A DNA stretch of 52,696 bases from the NCBI GenBank assembly GCA_024403475.1, contig JAKSRU010000001.1:1-52696 (forward strand), written 5' to 3'. This document shows positions 41,156-50,659 of the stretch, piece by piece. Numbering within the stretch: position 1 is the stretch's first letter; every line of letters begins with the position of its first letter. The position numbers and the translations under genes were made by a program. Below the pieces are notes generated by a model. The model searched no databases, was not told the origin of the DNA, and saw only the letters and a program-made list of their open reading frames with translations. Source of the stretch: Lachnospiraceae bacterium (lineage in GTDB: Bacteria > Bacillota > Clostridia > Lachnospirales > Lachnospiraceae).

Positions 41156-44100
41156 CTACTTTGCGGTAATCTCGCTGTGAAGCTGCTGAAGTGACTTGGT
41201 TTCAGCGCTCTTATTCTTCGCAAGGTATTCAATACCTTCAATAGTAGCACGTGCTGCAGCGATAGTAGTCATATAAGGTGTTCTGGTCTTGATTGCCGCC
41301 TTTCTAAGGTAGCTGTCATCATTAACACTATCCTTACCTACAGGTGAGTTGATGATAAGGCTGAAATCTCCATTAGTGATTCCATCAAGAACATTAGGAC
41401 GTCCCTCAGAAAGCTTATTAATCTTTGTAGCCTTAATACCTGCACCTATAATCAAGTCATAGGTATTACCGGTTGCAACGATTTCAAAGCCGGCCTTGTC
41501 ATATCTCTCAGCAAGAGGAACAATCTCCTCCTTGTCTTTTCTGTTAACAGAGATAAGAACCTTGCCACCCATAGGAAGCTTAGAGCCAACACCTTCCTGA
41601 GCCTTGAAGAATGCCTCACCGTATGAAGGTGAAAGTCCGAGAACCTCACCGGTAGATCTCATCTCGGGTCCGAGAATAGGGTCAACCTCCTGGAACATAT
41701 TGAAGGGGAATGCTGCTTCCTTTACGCCATAGTAAGGAATGTTCTGCTCCTTAAGTTCAGGAACAGGTGAAGGTCTTCCGGTAAGCTCGCTGGTGATAAT
41801 ATCAGTAGCGATAGGAACCATTCTTACATTACATACCTTAGATACAAGAGGAACAGTTCTTGAAGCACGAGGATTAGCTTCAAGTACATATACCTTACCC
41901 TTCTCAATTGCATACTGCATGTTCATAAGACCCTTTACATGCATTTCTTCTGCAATCTTTCTGGTGTATTCCTTAATAGTCTTAACATTCTCTTCTGAGA
42001 TATGTACAGAAGGAATGATACAAGCAGAGTCACCTGAGTGAATACCTGCAAGCTCTACATGCTCCATTACTGCAGGAACAAATGCATGAGTTCCATCACT
42101 GATTGCATCAGCCTCGCACTCAAGAGCATTGTTGAGGAATCTGTCAATAAGAATAGGTCTGTCAGGTGTAACACCAACAGCAGCCTTCATATAATCAGCC
42201 ATGCTGTTGTCATCATATACAACTTCCATTCCGCGTCCGCCAAGTACATATGAAGGACGTACCATTACAGGATAACCAATCTTGTTAGCAATAGCTACAG
42301 CCTCATCTACAGTAGTAGCCATTCCTGATTCAGGCATAGGAATCTCAAGCTTATCCATCATATCTCTAAAGAGATCTCTGTCCTCAGCAAGGTCGATAAC
42401 TGCGGGTGAAGTTCCAAGAATCTTAACGCCGTTCTTCTCAAGGTCTGCTGCAAGATTAAGAGGAGTCTGTCCTCCAAACTGTGCAATAACTCCGAGAGGC
42501 TTCTCCTTCTTGTAGATGCTGAGAACATCCTCAAGAGTAAGAGGCTCGAAATAGAGCTTATCTGAGGTATCATAGTCTGTTGATACAGTCTCAGGGTTAC
42601 AGTTAACGATGATAGTCTCAAAGCCAAGCTTCTTAAGAGCAAGTGCTGCATGTACACAGCAGTAATCAAACTCGATACCCTGACCGATTCTGTTAGGGCC
42701 ACCGCCAAGAATCATAATCTTCTTGTTGTCAGTTACAGGGTTCTTATCCTCTGCATTATAGGTTGAATAGTAATATGCACTATTCTCGGTACCGGATACA
42801 TGTACGCCTTCCCATGCTTCTTCAACACCGAGAGCAATACGCTTATTTCTGATGTCAGCTTCAGGAATTGCAAGAAGCTGGCTCAAATACTTATCAGAGA
42901 AGCCATCCTTCTTAGCCTTAATAAGAAGCTCATCTGCAGGAAGCTGTCCCTTAGAAGCAAGAATAGTGTTCTCCTCTTCTACGAGTTCCTTCATCTGCTC
43001 AAGGAAGTAATGCTTAACCTTGGTAATATTAAAGATTTCATCAGGAGTAGCACCCTTACGAAGTGCTTCATAAATGATGAAATATCTCTCTGAAGAAGGA
43101 TCGATAAGCTTCTGAAGAAGCTCTTCCTTGGTAAGAGAATCAAAATTTTTAGCATGTCCGAGTCCGTATCTGCCGGTCTCAAGTGATCTGATAGCCTTCT
43201 GGAATGCTTCCTTGAAGTTCTTACCGATACTCATAACCTCACCAACGGCACGCATCTGAGTACCAAGCTTATCCTGAACATTCTTGAACTTCTCGAATGC
43301 CCATCTTGCAAACTTAATTACAACATAGTCTCCATCGGGAACATACTTATCAAGAGTTCCGTACTTTCCGCAAGGAATATCCTTGAGGGTAAGTCCTGTT
43401 GCAAGCATTGCTGAAACAAGAGCAATAGGGAATCCGGTTGCCTTTGAAGCAAGTGCTGAAGAACGTGAAGTACGAGGATTAATCTCAATAACAATGATTC
43501 TGTCAGAAACAGGATCATGCGCAAACTGTACGTTGGTACCACCAACAACCTGAACCTTGTCTACAATCTTGTATGCCTGCTCCTGGAGCTTCTTCTGGCA
43601 CTCTTCAGAAATTGTAAGCATAGGCGCTGAACAGAATGAATCACCGGTGTGTACTCCGAGAGGATCGATATTCTCGATGAAGCATACGGTAATCATATTA
43701 CCTTCGCTGTCACGAACAACCTCAAGCTCAAGCTCCTCCCAACCGAGAATAGACTCTTCTACAAGAACCTGTCCTACAAGGCTGGCCTGAAGACCTCTCT
43801 CACATACAACCTTAAGTTCATCCTTATTATATACAAGTCCGCCGCCGGCTCCACCCATGGTGTATGCAGGACGAAGAACTACGGGATAACTAAGCTTATC
43901 AGCAATTGCAAGTGCTTCATCAACAGAATAAGCAACCTCTGAACGAGCCATCTCAATACCAAGCTCATTCATAGTCTTCTTGAACTCGATTCTGTCCTCA
44001 CCACGCTCAATTGCGTCAACCTGAACACCGATAACCTTTACATTGTACTTATCAAGTACACCGGCCTTGTAAAGCTCTGAGCAAAGATTAAGTCCTGACT

Positions 44101-44377
44101 GACCTCCAAGGTTAGGAAGCAATGCATCAGGTCTTTCCTTAGCAATGATAGCCTCAAGTCTATCCACATTGAGAGGCTCGATATAAGTTACATCCGCAGT
44201 CTCGGGATCGGTCATAATGGTTGCAGGGTTTGAGTTTACAAGTACGATTTCGTAGCCAAGCTTTCTGAGTGCTTTGCACGCCTGAGTACCTGAATAGTCG
44301 AACTCACAGGCCTGTCCGATAACGATAGGGCCTGAACCAATTATCAATACTTTGTTGATGTCTGTTCTTTTAGGCAT
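41156..44377 (-). CDS. carB: Carbamoyl-phosphate synthase large subunit
   Basis: MPKR..GSGPIVIGQACEFDYSG, two ATP-grasp halves, NCNPETVSTDYD, C-terminal MGS domain. Confidence 0.98.
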   Translation of the reverse strand: MPKRTDINKVLIIGSGPIVIGQACEFDYSGTQACKALRKLGYEIVLVNSNPATIMTDPETADVTYIEPLNVDRLEAIIAKERPDALLPNLGGQSGLNLCSELYKAGVLDKYNVKVIGVQVDAIERGEDRIEFKKTMNELGIEMARSEVAYSVDEALAIADKLSYPVVLRPAYTMGGAGGGLVYNKDELKVVCERGLQASLVGQVLVEESILGWEELELEVVRDSEGNMITVCFIENIDPLGVHTGDSFCSAPMLTISEECQKKLQEQAYKIVDKVQVVGGTNVQFAHDPVSDRIIVIEINPRTSRSSALASKATGFPIALVSAMLATGLTLKDIPCGKYGTLDKYVPDGDYVVIKFARWAFEKFKNVQDKLGTQMRAVGEVMSIGKNFKEAFQKAIRSLETGRYGLGHAKNFDSLTKEELLQKLIDPSSERYFIIYEALRKGATPDEIFNITKVKHYFLEQMKELVEEENTILASKGQLPADELLIKAKKDGFSDKYLSQLLAIPEADIRNKRIALGVEEAWEGVHVSGTENSAYYYSTYNAEDKNPVTDNKKIMILGGGPNRIGQGIEFDYCCVHAALALKKLGFETIIVNCNPETVSTDYDTSDKLYFEPLTLEDVLSIYKKEKPLGVIAQFGGQTPLNLAADLEKNGVKILGTSPAVIDLAEDRDLFRDMMDKLEIPMPESGMATTVDEAVAIANKIGYPVMVRPSYVLGGRGMEVVYDDNSMADYMKAAVGVTPDRPILIDRFLNNALECEADAISDGTHAFVPAVMEHVELAGIHSGDSACIIPSVHISEENVKTIKEYTRKIAEEMHVKGLMNMQYAIEKGKVYVLEANPRASRTVPLVSKVCNVRMVPIATDIITSELTGRPSPVPELKEQNIPYYGVKEAAFPFNMFQEVDPILGPEMRSTGEVLGLSPSYGEAFFKAQEGVGSKLPMGGKVLISVNRKDKEEIVPLAERYDKAGFEIVATGNTYDLIIGAGIKATKINKLSEGRPNVLDGITNGDFSLIINSPVGKDSVNDDSYLRKAAIKTRTPYMTTIAAARATIEGIEYLAKNKSAETKSLQQLHSEITAK

Positions 44378-44430
44378 AGTAACCCCCTTGTGTAATTAAA
44401 ATATATGCTTTGCATATTATAACAAAATAT

Positions 44431-44475
44431 AAAAAAATTGGTAGATACTTTTTGATTATTTATCTACCAATTTTT
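44431..44475 (-). terminator. 15-bp inverted repeat, probable terminator of the LacI-type sensor gene
   Basis: AAAAATTGGTAGATA-13 nt-TATCTACCAATTTTT. Confidence 0.65.
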
Positions 44476-44516
44476 GCTATTTATTTATGTATTAAATATA
44501 TAATAATTTACCATAA

Positions 44517-45887
44517 TTACGAAAAGATCAGTGCCATTGCAGAATTGATACTTTCAATCAGCTCGTATAAATATACATTATTTATGCTATCACTATGATA
44601 TGCAAGGGTAATGAATCCGTAGAATGTGCTGTCTGTAGCAAGAGGAATCGACATAATCTGTGATGCATCTGCTCTGAGCATATTCTTAGACTTATGGAAT
44701 CTGTCCCAGTCAAGTGAGAACATAATCTTGGTACTGTCATGATCCTTGTAGGTGCTCAACCAGAAAAGAGGAACACTATTATCTACATTCTCAGCAACAA
44801 TTCCGGCCTTCTCAACAAACTCTGACTTAATATAAATGTTATAAGAAGTAATACCTGCCTTCTCAGCATATGAAGGAAGTGTATCTGCCAAAGTATTTAT
44901 ATTTCTTGACTCACATACACCGCTGAAGAATCCGGATGCATCATAGAAGCATTCTCTTTCTCTGATAAGCTCTTCATTAAGCTTCTTGATATTAGCTCTT
45001 GCTTCTTCAAAATCAACAGAAGCACAACCGCAGGTAGCAGCAAACTCAAGTCTGCAAGGAATCAAATACTCACTGTCTGCAGCCATGTTTCCTGTAGCGA
45101 TACCCTCAAATGCATCAAGAATAGCCTCTACTGTAGAAGCGGTATCATGTACTGCATTTGTAATCTTAGGAACATAATTAAGTCTCTCATCAGTAGTGCT
45201 CATACCGGTAATAATAGTCTGAGCAGGAATATTAATATTATTCTTCTGGAAATAGTTGCATGCAGCGCTTGCAATATTATCATCTGCGCAAATAAATGCA
45301 TTAGGAAGATAATTTCCGGCAAAGAAATAATTGTTCAAGTACTCAACAACAGATTCCTCGGTTCCGGCTACGGCACCCATTCTTATTTCTTCAAGCTGAA
45401 TCTGATGATTGGTAAGTACCTGCTTATATGCCTCAAGTCCGTCCTCAGACATTTTGCGTCCGTCATTGTAACCGAGATAATTAACCTGAGTACTTCCGTG
45501 AGTACCGATAACATGCTCAATAATAGCCGCATATGCTGACTTATAGTCATAATGCATTCTGCAAATTCCGGCAATATCACTGTTTACCCCAATTACAGGA
45601 ATGCCTTCTGCTTTAGCATAATTAACGATGTCATTGATAGCGCTCTCATTGCAGATAAGCTCATCAAAAATAACAACCGCATCCAATCTGTTATATTTAA
45701 TAAACTGGAAAATTTCCTTCTGTGAATCTAAGCCTTCATTACCATTAGACAAATCAGAAAAGGGTGCAAACATATGCACATCATAGCCCTTCTCCTTTGC
45801 TCCGTCACACAGTGCATTGACTGTTTCGTGAACAGAACTCTTTTGTAAGCTTGTAAGGCATACGCCAATCTGCTTCTTATCTCCCAT
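44517..45887 (-). CDS. LacI-type ligand-binding domain protein without HTH or output domain
   Basis: KKQIGV at the N-terminus (no HTH), IPVIGV, PNAFICADDNIA, IPAQTIITG, ATCGC; GAF-like C-terminus. Confidence 0.75.
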   Translation of the reverse strand: MGDKKQIGVCLTSLQKSSVHETVNALCDGAKEKGYDVHMFAPFSDLSNGNEGLDSQKEIFQFIKYNRLDAVVIFDELICNESAINDIVNYAKAEGIPVIGVNSDIAGICRMHYDYKSAYAAIIEHVIGTHGSTQVNYLGYNDGRKMSEDGLEAYKQVLTNHQIQLEEIRMGAVAGTEESVVEYLNNYFFAGNYLPNAFICADDNIASAACNYFQKNNINIPAQTIITGMSTTDERLNYVPKITNAVHDTASTVEAILDAFEGIATGNMAADSEYLIPCRLEFAATCGCASVDFEEARANIKKLNEELIRERECFYDASGFFSGVCESRNINTLADTLPSYAEKAGITSYNIYIKSEFVEKAGIVAENVDNSVPLFWLSTYKDHDSTKIMFSLDWDRFHKSKNMLRADASQIMSIPLATDSTFYGFITLAYHSDSINNVYLYELIESINSAMALIFS

Positions 45888-46002
45888 TTATGTCACCTCT
45901 TATTACAATAAAGATTTAAGTAAATCAAAATCAATCATGATTAATACAATAATACTATTATATAACTAAATTCCTTATATAAAAAGTACTTAATCAGGAT
46001 TT

Positions 46003-47610
46003 TTATTGAACAATTTTAGCTAAACCGCACGATAAATTAACCTTGATAACAGGTCTTACTCCGCAGCCTCCGGTATTAGCATTATTTCCGGTCAGCATAT
46101 TCTCATCAAAATAACTGTTCCACATACAAATAACGCCTGAAGGGCTTCCGGAAGTATCTCTCAGCCACCAATCAATTGTATCAAAACCGTATGCTACACT
46201 GTTTTCATTATAATAACCGCTCTTGTTCTGCCCTATTGCTTTAGCAGTAGGTGTAGTGTAGTAAGACAAGCCGGCCATAGTTATTTTATTTACCTCATTG
46301 CTGGCAAGCAAATAAACATAGTCTTCAGTAATATCATAATTATTTAAGCTGCCATCACCCATGTCATAATACTTAGTATGATTGGTTACCAATACTAATG
46401 CTGCTCTCTCTTCAGGGCTAAAATTACTCAAAAATCCCGCTTCGTCAGTATATCCGTTACAACCGGAATCCATAGAAGCATCATCAGGAGAAGTACCGTC
46501 ATATATTACTTTGAGATCGGAAGAATTAAGCCATGTTCTGAGAGTCGAAAGCATCCATCTTCCGGTACCATACATTTCAGAATATTCCGGATTACTGAAC
46601 TGTTCATAATATGAAGCATTTCTTCCGGCTGTAGTAAAACCGGCCTTACCGCTTTCAGCTCCGTCAAAACCCTTCATAGTGATTACATTAGCAGCAATCA
46701 TTTCAGCATTTCCGCCTTCATCTATCTCAAGAATCTGCCACTCAACAGCTTCTCCGAGATAACTGCCAAACAAAACACTCATTCCTACTGAATAATCATC
46801 TATGCTGACATTAGTAATATGATTTTGATTGTCTCCGTTATTAGAATTCTGTCCGGTTCCATTATTAACATCATTGTTTGACACTGAACCATTGTTAATA
46901 CTTGCATTCGGATCTGCCGTAATAGCAGGATTCGAAGTCGGAGCATTTTTATTGATAACCACCAACACAATCACAATAGCTGCAATTAATATCACTGCCG
47001 CTATGCATCCGATTAGAGTATATAATGAAGCTCTGTTATTACGCCTCTTGTCATTTCGGCTGTTGGCATTTCGCCCGGCATTTATCTGACTGCTGTAATC
47101 CGACTCTTCATCATATGATGTATCGTTTACATAATAATCCGAATTATCATCAGCTTCATACTCTTCCTCATACTCTGCCTCATCATAGTCCTGATTACTG
47201 CTTGCGACATATACATCTTCATTTGATGCACACAATCCGTTCATTGCATCAAGCAAACGATAGTAATCCCTGTCTGCTTCCATATCCAACCACTGAAAAG
47301 GCATTAAAAAATACTCAAAGGATTTCGAAAGTTCGACCTCTTCAATTTTACAGGTTATAATCGGAACTCTTGCGTTTACCGATCTTTCCACCTCTCTCAA
47401 CACATGCGGAGATTCGTTTGAAGCCTTTGATAAAAGCAATATCAATACATCAGCTTCATCTATACCTCTCATTATCTCTTCAGCGTAAGAAAAGCCTGTC
47501 CTGATGTTACGCGGTGCTATAAAGCATGCATTTCCGTTATTCTCAAGAAATTCACACACTTCATTGGCAACAGTACTGTTTTCAGTTGAATAAGAAATAA
47601 AAACCTGCAT
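46003..47610 (-). CDS. TIR-domain - TM - extracellular DUF6273-like protein
   Basis: VFISYS..FIAPRNI..SPHVLREVERS (TIR_2-type), acidic linker, one TM, Asn-rich linker, W..STLRTWLN..VYLL..WWLR..GVRPV domain. Confidence 0.88.
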   Translation of the reverse strand: MQVFISYSTENSTVANEVCEFLENNGNACFIAPRNIRTGFSYAEEIMRGIDEADVLILLLSKASNESPHVLREVERSVNARVPIITCKIEEVELSKSFEYFLMPFQWLDMEADRDYYRLLDAMNGLCASNEDVYVASSNQDYDEAEYEEEYEADDNSDYYVNDTSYDEESDYSSQINAGRNANSRNDKRRNNRASLYTLIGCIAAVILIAAIVIVLVVINKNAPTSNPAITADPNASINNGSVSNNDVNNGTGQNSNNGDNQNHITNVSIDDYSVGMSVLFGSYLGEAVEWQILEIDEGGNAEMIAANVITMKGFDGAESGKAGFTTAGRNASYYEQFSNPEYSEMYGTGRWMLSTLRTWLNSSDLKVIYDGTSPDDASMDSGCNGYTDEAGFLSNFSPEERAALVLVTNHTKYYDMGDGSLNNYDITEDYVYLLASNEVNKITMAGLSYYTTPTAKAIGQNKSGYYNENSVAYGFDTIDWWLRDTSGSPSGVICMWNSYFDENMLTGNNANTGGCGVRPVIKVNLSCGLAKIVQ

Positions 47611-47631
47611 CGCTGTCTCTCATTTATCAAT

Positions 47632-49386
47632 TTATTTTAATACTTCGAACAGCAAAGTCTGACCCGGTCTTAATTTTACACTGAAGCTATACTCAGGATC
47701 TTCATCAATATTTGTTGTAGCATCCATCATATGACTGGGTCCGGGTAAATGCTTTGCTTCACTGTAAACCATACCTGTCTCAATATTTCTGACACCCTTA
47801 CATTCGCCTCTTACAACAATCTGCAAATCATTTACGGAATCTGTATAAGATACAGCCGCATATACATTATTGTCATAAGCATACAGGCTAAACTTGGGTG
47901 CTCCGGCAAGGAAAACCTCCTGTCCGATAGAAATATGCTTTGCCATAGACATTATAACCTCAGACGGCAATTTATACAAATCAGCAAAATTCTCCGGAAC
48001 ATTCAGGATAAAGAAGCGTCCTCTTCCATAGTTGTCCTCTGTCATTATCGGGAAATTATTCTCATCAGCAACTAAGGAAATATTACTATTGGTCGCGTTT
48101 GTTTTATAATCAAGTATTTCAAACATTACAGGCTTTTTGCCTTCATCAGTAATCACTGTATTCCAAGAATTAGCATTTTGAATTCTATACTTGCTTCCAA
48201 TTACATGGCGTCCGGTAAGTCTGACTGAAGTAAGGTCCTTAATACCCTTGTCATACATCTTCTTAAAATAACCTACGGTTACTACAGCATTGCCGCCCTT
48301 GCGCACATATTCCTCAAGAATATCGATAGAATTTTCTTCTTCAGCTGTAGATTCTGTAAACAATACAGTCTGTGCCTCAGGATCAAAATAAGGTGAAGGA
48401 TCAATTGCTATACCGCACATTCCGAGATAATTGTATACCTGATCTTCACCATCACCGTTATAAGGCTCCCAGGTTTTAACTCCTATAGGATTACCCATTT
48501 TCGAAAGCTGGTCGTCAATTCTATACAAAGCCTTACTAATAGCGGGAAGAACTGTTAATCCGCCAAAAATAGGAAGATTCCAAAGCATCATCTCACGTGC
48601 CTTACCAAACAGAGTAGCCTGTACCTGTTCGATAATCTGTGACATATTACTATCGCAATCAAAGGGATCTACCCATCCGCCGCCATTACGACCGGGTGCG
48701 ATGCTTTCCATTAATCTCATTATCGAATATGACTCATAACGCTGAAGATGCTGCACACTGTAAGGAGATCTGGTTTCAGTACCGGTATAGATTCCGTCAA
48801 AAATATCCTTCTGCTTTCCCGGATTGAATCCGCACTCCTGATAACTCTCATACCAGTTAGGATACTTAATAACATACTTAACCTTGGGATTAACCTTCTT
48901 GGCTGCAGCTACTGCTTCCTTGGCAAAATTCGCCATTAACTCAAGACGATATTCCTTCCAGCTTCTCTTTCCTTTAGCCGCAATACACATTTCGCATCTG
49001 CAGGCAGTAAAGAAAAAGTCGTCAAGAATAAATTCATCAAAAACCTCTGCCAATTCACTTACCAACTGAAGCTGCTCTGCCTTGTGGGCCGGATCAGTAT
49101 AGCAATAGGTATCAAAAATAGAAGGCTTTCTGATACCGTTAACAAGAGTTGTGCAGGTAATTCCTCCTGCCACCTCAAGGCCTCTTGATGTAACAATATT
49201 TTTTACAGCCTTCATACGCTCGACAGGTATAGAAACCGCACCTCTGTGATTTTCCAGATATACCTTATCAAGATGAATTTCTGACATAAATCCATCAATC
49301 ATATCTGCTATCTGTGCATCCGTCATCTCAACGATATCATATGCTCTAATGTAGCTTACAAGCTTAAAATTATTAAATCCCTTCAT
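47632..49386 (-). CDS. Uncharacterised glycoside-hydrolase-like protein (TIM barrel plus GH42-like middle domain)
   Basis: FILDDFFFTACRCEMC, YVRKGGNAVV segment, beta-rich C-terminus; no TM or signal peptide. Confidence 0.55.
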   Translation of the reverse strand: MKGFNNFKLVSYIRAYDIVEMTDAQIADMIDGFMSEIHLDKVYLENHRGAVSIPVERMKAVKNIVTSRGLEVAGGITCTTLVNGIRKPSIFDTYCYTDPAHKAEQLQLVSELAEVFDEFILDDFFFTACRCEMCIAAKGKRSWKEYRLELMANFAKEAVAAAKKVNPKVKYVIKYPNWYESYQECGFNPGKQKDIFDGIYTGTETRSPYSVQHLQRYESYSIMRLMESIAPGRNGGGWVDPFDCDSNMSQIIEQVQATLFGKAREMMLWNLPIFGGLTVLPAISKALYRIDDQLSKMGNPIGVKTWEPYNGDGEDQVYNYLGMCGIAIDPSPYFDPEAQTVLFTESTAEEENSIDILEEYVRKGGNAVVTVGYFKKMYDKGIKDLTSVRLTGRHVIGSKYRIQNANSWNTVITDEGKKPVMFEILDYKTNATNSNISLVADENNFPIMTEDNYGRGRFFILNVPENFADLYKLPSEVIMSMAKHISIGQEVFLAGAPKFSLYAYDNNVYAAVSYTDSVNDLQIVVRGECKGVRNIETGMVYSEAKHLPGPSHMMDATTNIDEDPEYSFSVKLRPGQTLLFEVLK

Positions 49387-49650
49387 ATGCTTACCCCACT
49401 TAAAATTAATGATGTACCCCGACATCAATACAATAAAAATATTAACATTATAAAAGTAGAGTGACCATACTATTAAGTTACATTTTTATAACAAAATTTC
49501 AAACAACGAAATCTATCATTATGAATTTTAGTGCTATCAAAATTTGATGTTTATGGCTATAATAAATAACGGTGTCGCAAAAACACTTCACTTATAAACA
49601 ATAATATCTATAGCCAAAAGTCATAGATAATAATCTGATTGGAGAAAACA

Positions 49651-50580
49651 ATGGTATACAATAATATTCTTGAAGCTGTGGGTCATACTCCTATGGTTCG
49701 ACTCAACAAAATGGTCGACGAGGACAGCGCAGAAATACTCGTTAAATTCGAAGGAGTAAATGTCGGCGGCTCTATCAAAACAAGAACTGCTCTCAATATG
49801 ATAGAGGAAGCAGAAAAAGCCGGCATAATCAAAGAAGATACCATAATAGTTGAGCCTACCAGTGGCAACCAGGGAATCGGACTGGCTCTTGTAGGTGCAG
49901 TAAAGGGCTACAGAACCATCATAATAATGCCTGACTCAGTGAGCGAAGAAAGAAGAAAGCTTGTAAGACATTATGGTGCTGAAGTTAAGCTTATTCACGA
50001 TGCAGGTGATATCGGTGCATGTATAGATGAATGCCTCCAGACTGCTCTTTCAATGGCAAAAAAGAATCCCAAGGTATTCGTACCCCAGCAGTTTGCTAAC
50101 AAGAATAATACATTAGCACATAAAAAGCATACCGCACTTGAGCTTATGGAGCAGGTAGCAAAGCCTATTCACGGTTTCTGCTCAGGCATCGGTACAGGCG
50201 GTACTCTTACAGGCATTGGTGAGGTTCTCAAGGCTCAGTATCCCGACATAGAAATATGGGCTGTCGAACCCGAGAACGCTGCAATTCTTGCCGGCGGAAC
50301 CATAGGCACTCATCTTCAGATGGGTATTGGTGATGGTATTATTCCTGATATCCTCAATAGAGAAATCTATGATGATATCTATATTGTCAAAGATGACGAA
50401 GCACTTAATACCGCTAAACGTCTGGCACGCGAGGAAGGTTTGATGTGTGGAATTTCGAGTGGAACAAACGTTGCCGCCGCTCTTAAACTTGCCAAGAAGC
50501 TCGGTAAGGGCAAAACTGTAGTAACCGTTCTTCCTGATACTGCAGAGAGATATTTCTCTACTCCTCTTTTCGGTGAGTAA
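49651..50580 (+). CDS. cysK: Cysteine synthase (O-acetylserine sulfhydrylase)
   Basis: GHTPMVRL, GGSIKTR (PLP Lys), EPTSGNQG, GIGTGGT, GISSG, PDTAERY; ATG 49651 with SD GGAG. Confidence 0.92.
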   Translation: MVYNNILEAVGHTPMVRLNKMVDEDSAEILVKFEGVNVGGSIKTRTALNMIEEAEKAGIIKEDTIIVEPTSGNQGIGLALVGAVKGYRTIIIMPDSVSEERRKLVRHYGAEVKLIHDAGDIGACIDECLQTALSMAKKNPKVFVPQQFANKNNTLAHKKHTALELMEQVAKPIHGFCSGIGTGGTLTGIGEVLKAQYPDIEIWAVEPENAAILAGGTIGTHLQMGIGDGIIPDILNREIYDDIYIVKDDEALNTAKRLAREEGLMCGISSGTNVAAALKLAKKLGKGKTVVTVLPDTAERYFSTPLFGE

Positions 50581-50603
50581 CAATAAACGTTAGTAAGCAT
50601 AGC

Positions 50604-50633
50604 AAAAGCCCTGCCGTTTGGCAGGGCTTTATT
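50604..50633. terminator. Bidirectional intrinsic terminator
   Basis: AAAGCCCTGCC-GTTT-GGCAGGGCTTT between convergent genes. Confidence 0.9.
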
Positions 50634-50659
50634 GCTTCCCCAATATCTTCTCTATGACT

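Noticed and set aside
46003-46200. Possible DGR variable region at the C-terminus of the TIR protein's lectin-like domain
   Set aside because: No template repeat or reverse transcriptase seen in the window; targeting in trans cannot be assessed
37697-47610. cNMP-domain protein and TIR protein as one Pycsar/CBASS-like system
   Set aside because: About 6 kb apart, separated by carB and azlCD with their own signals; no cyclase present
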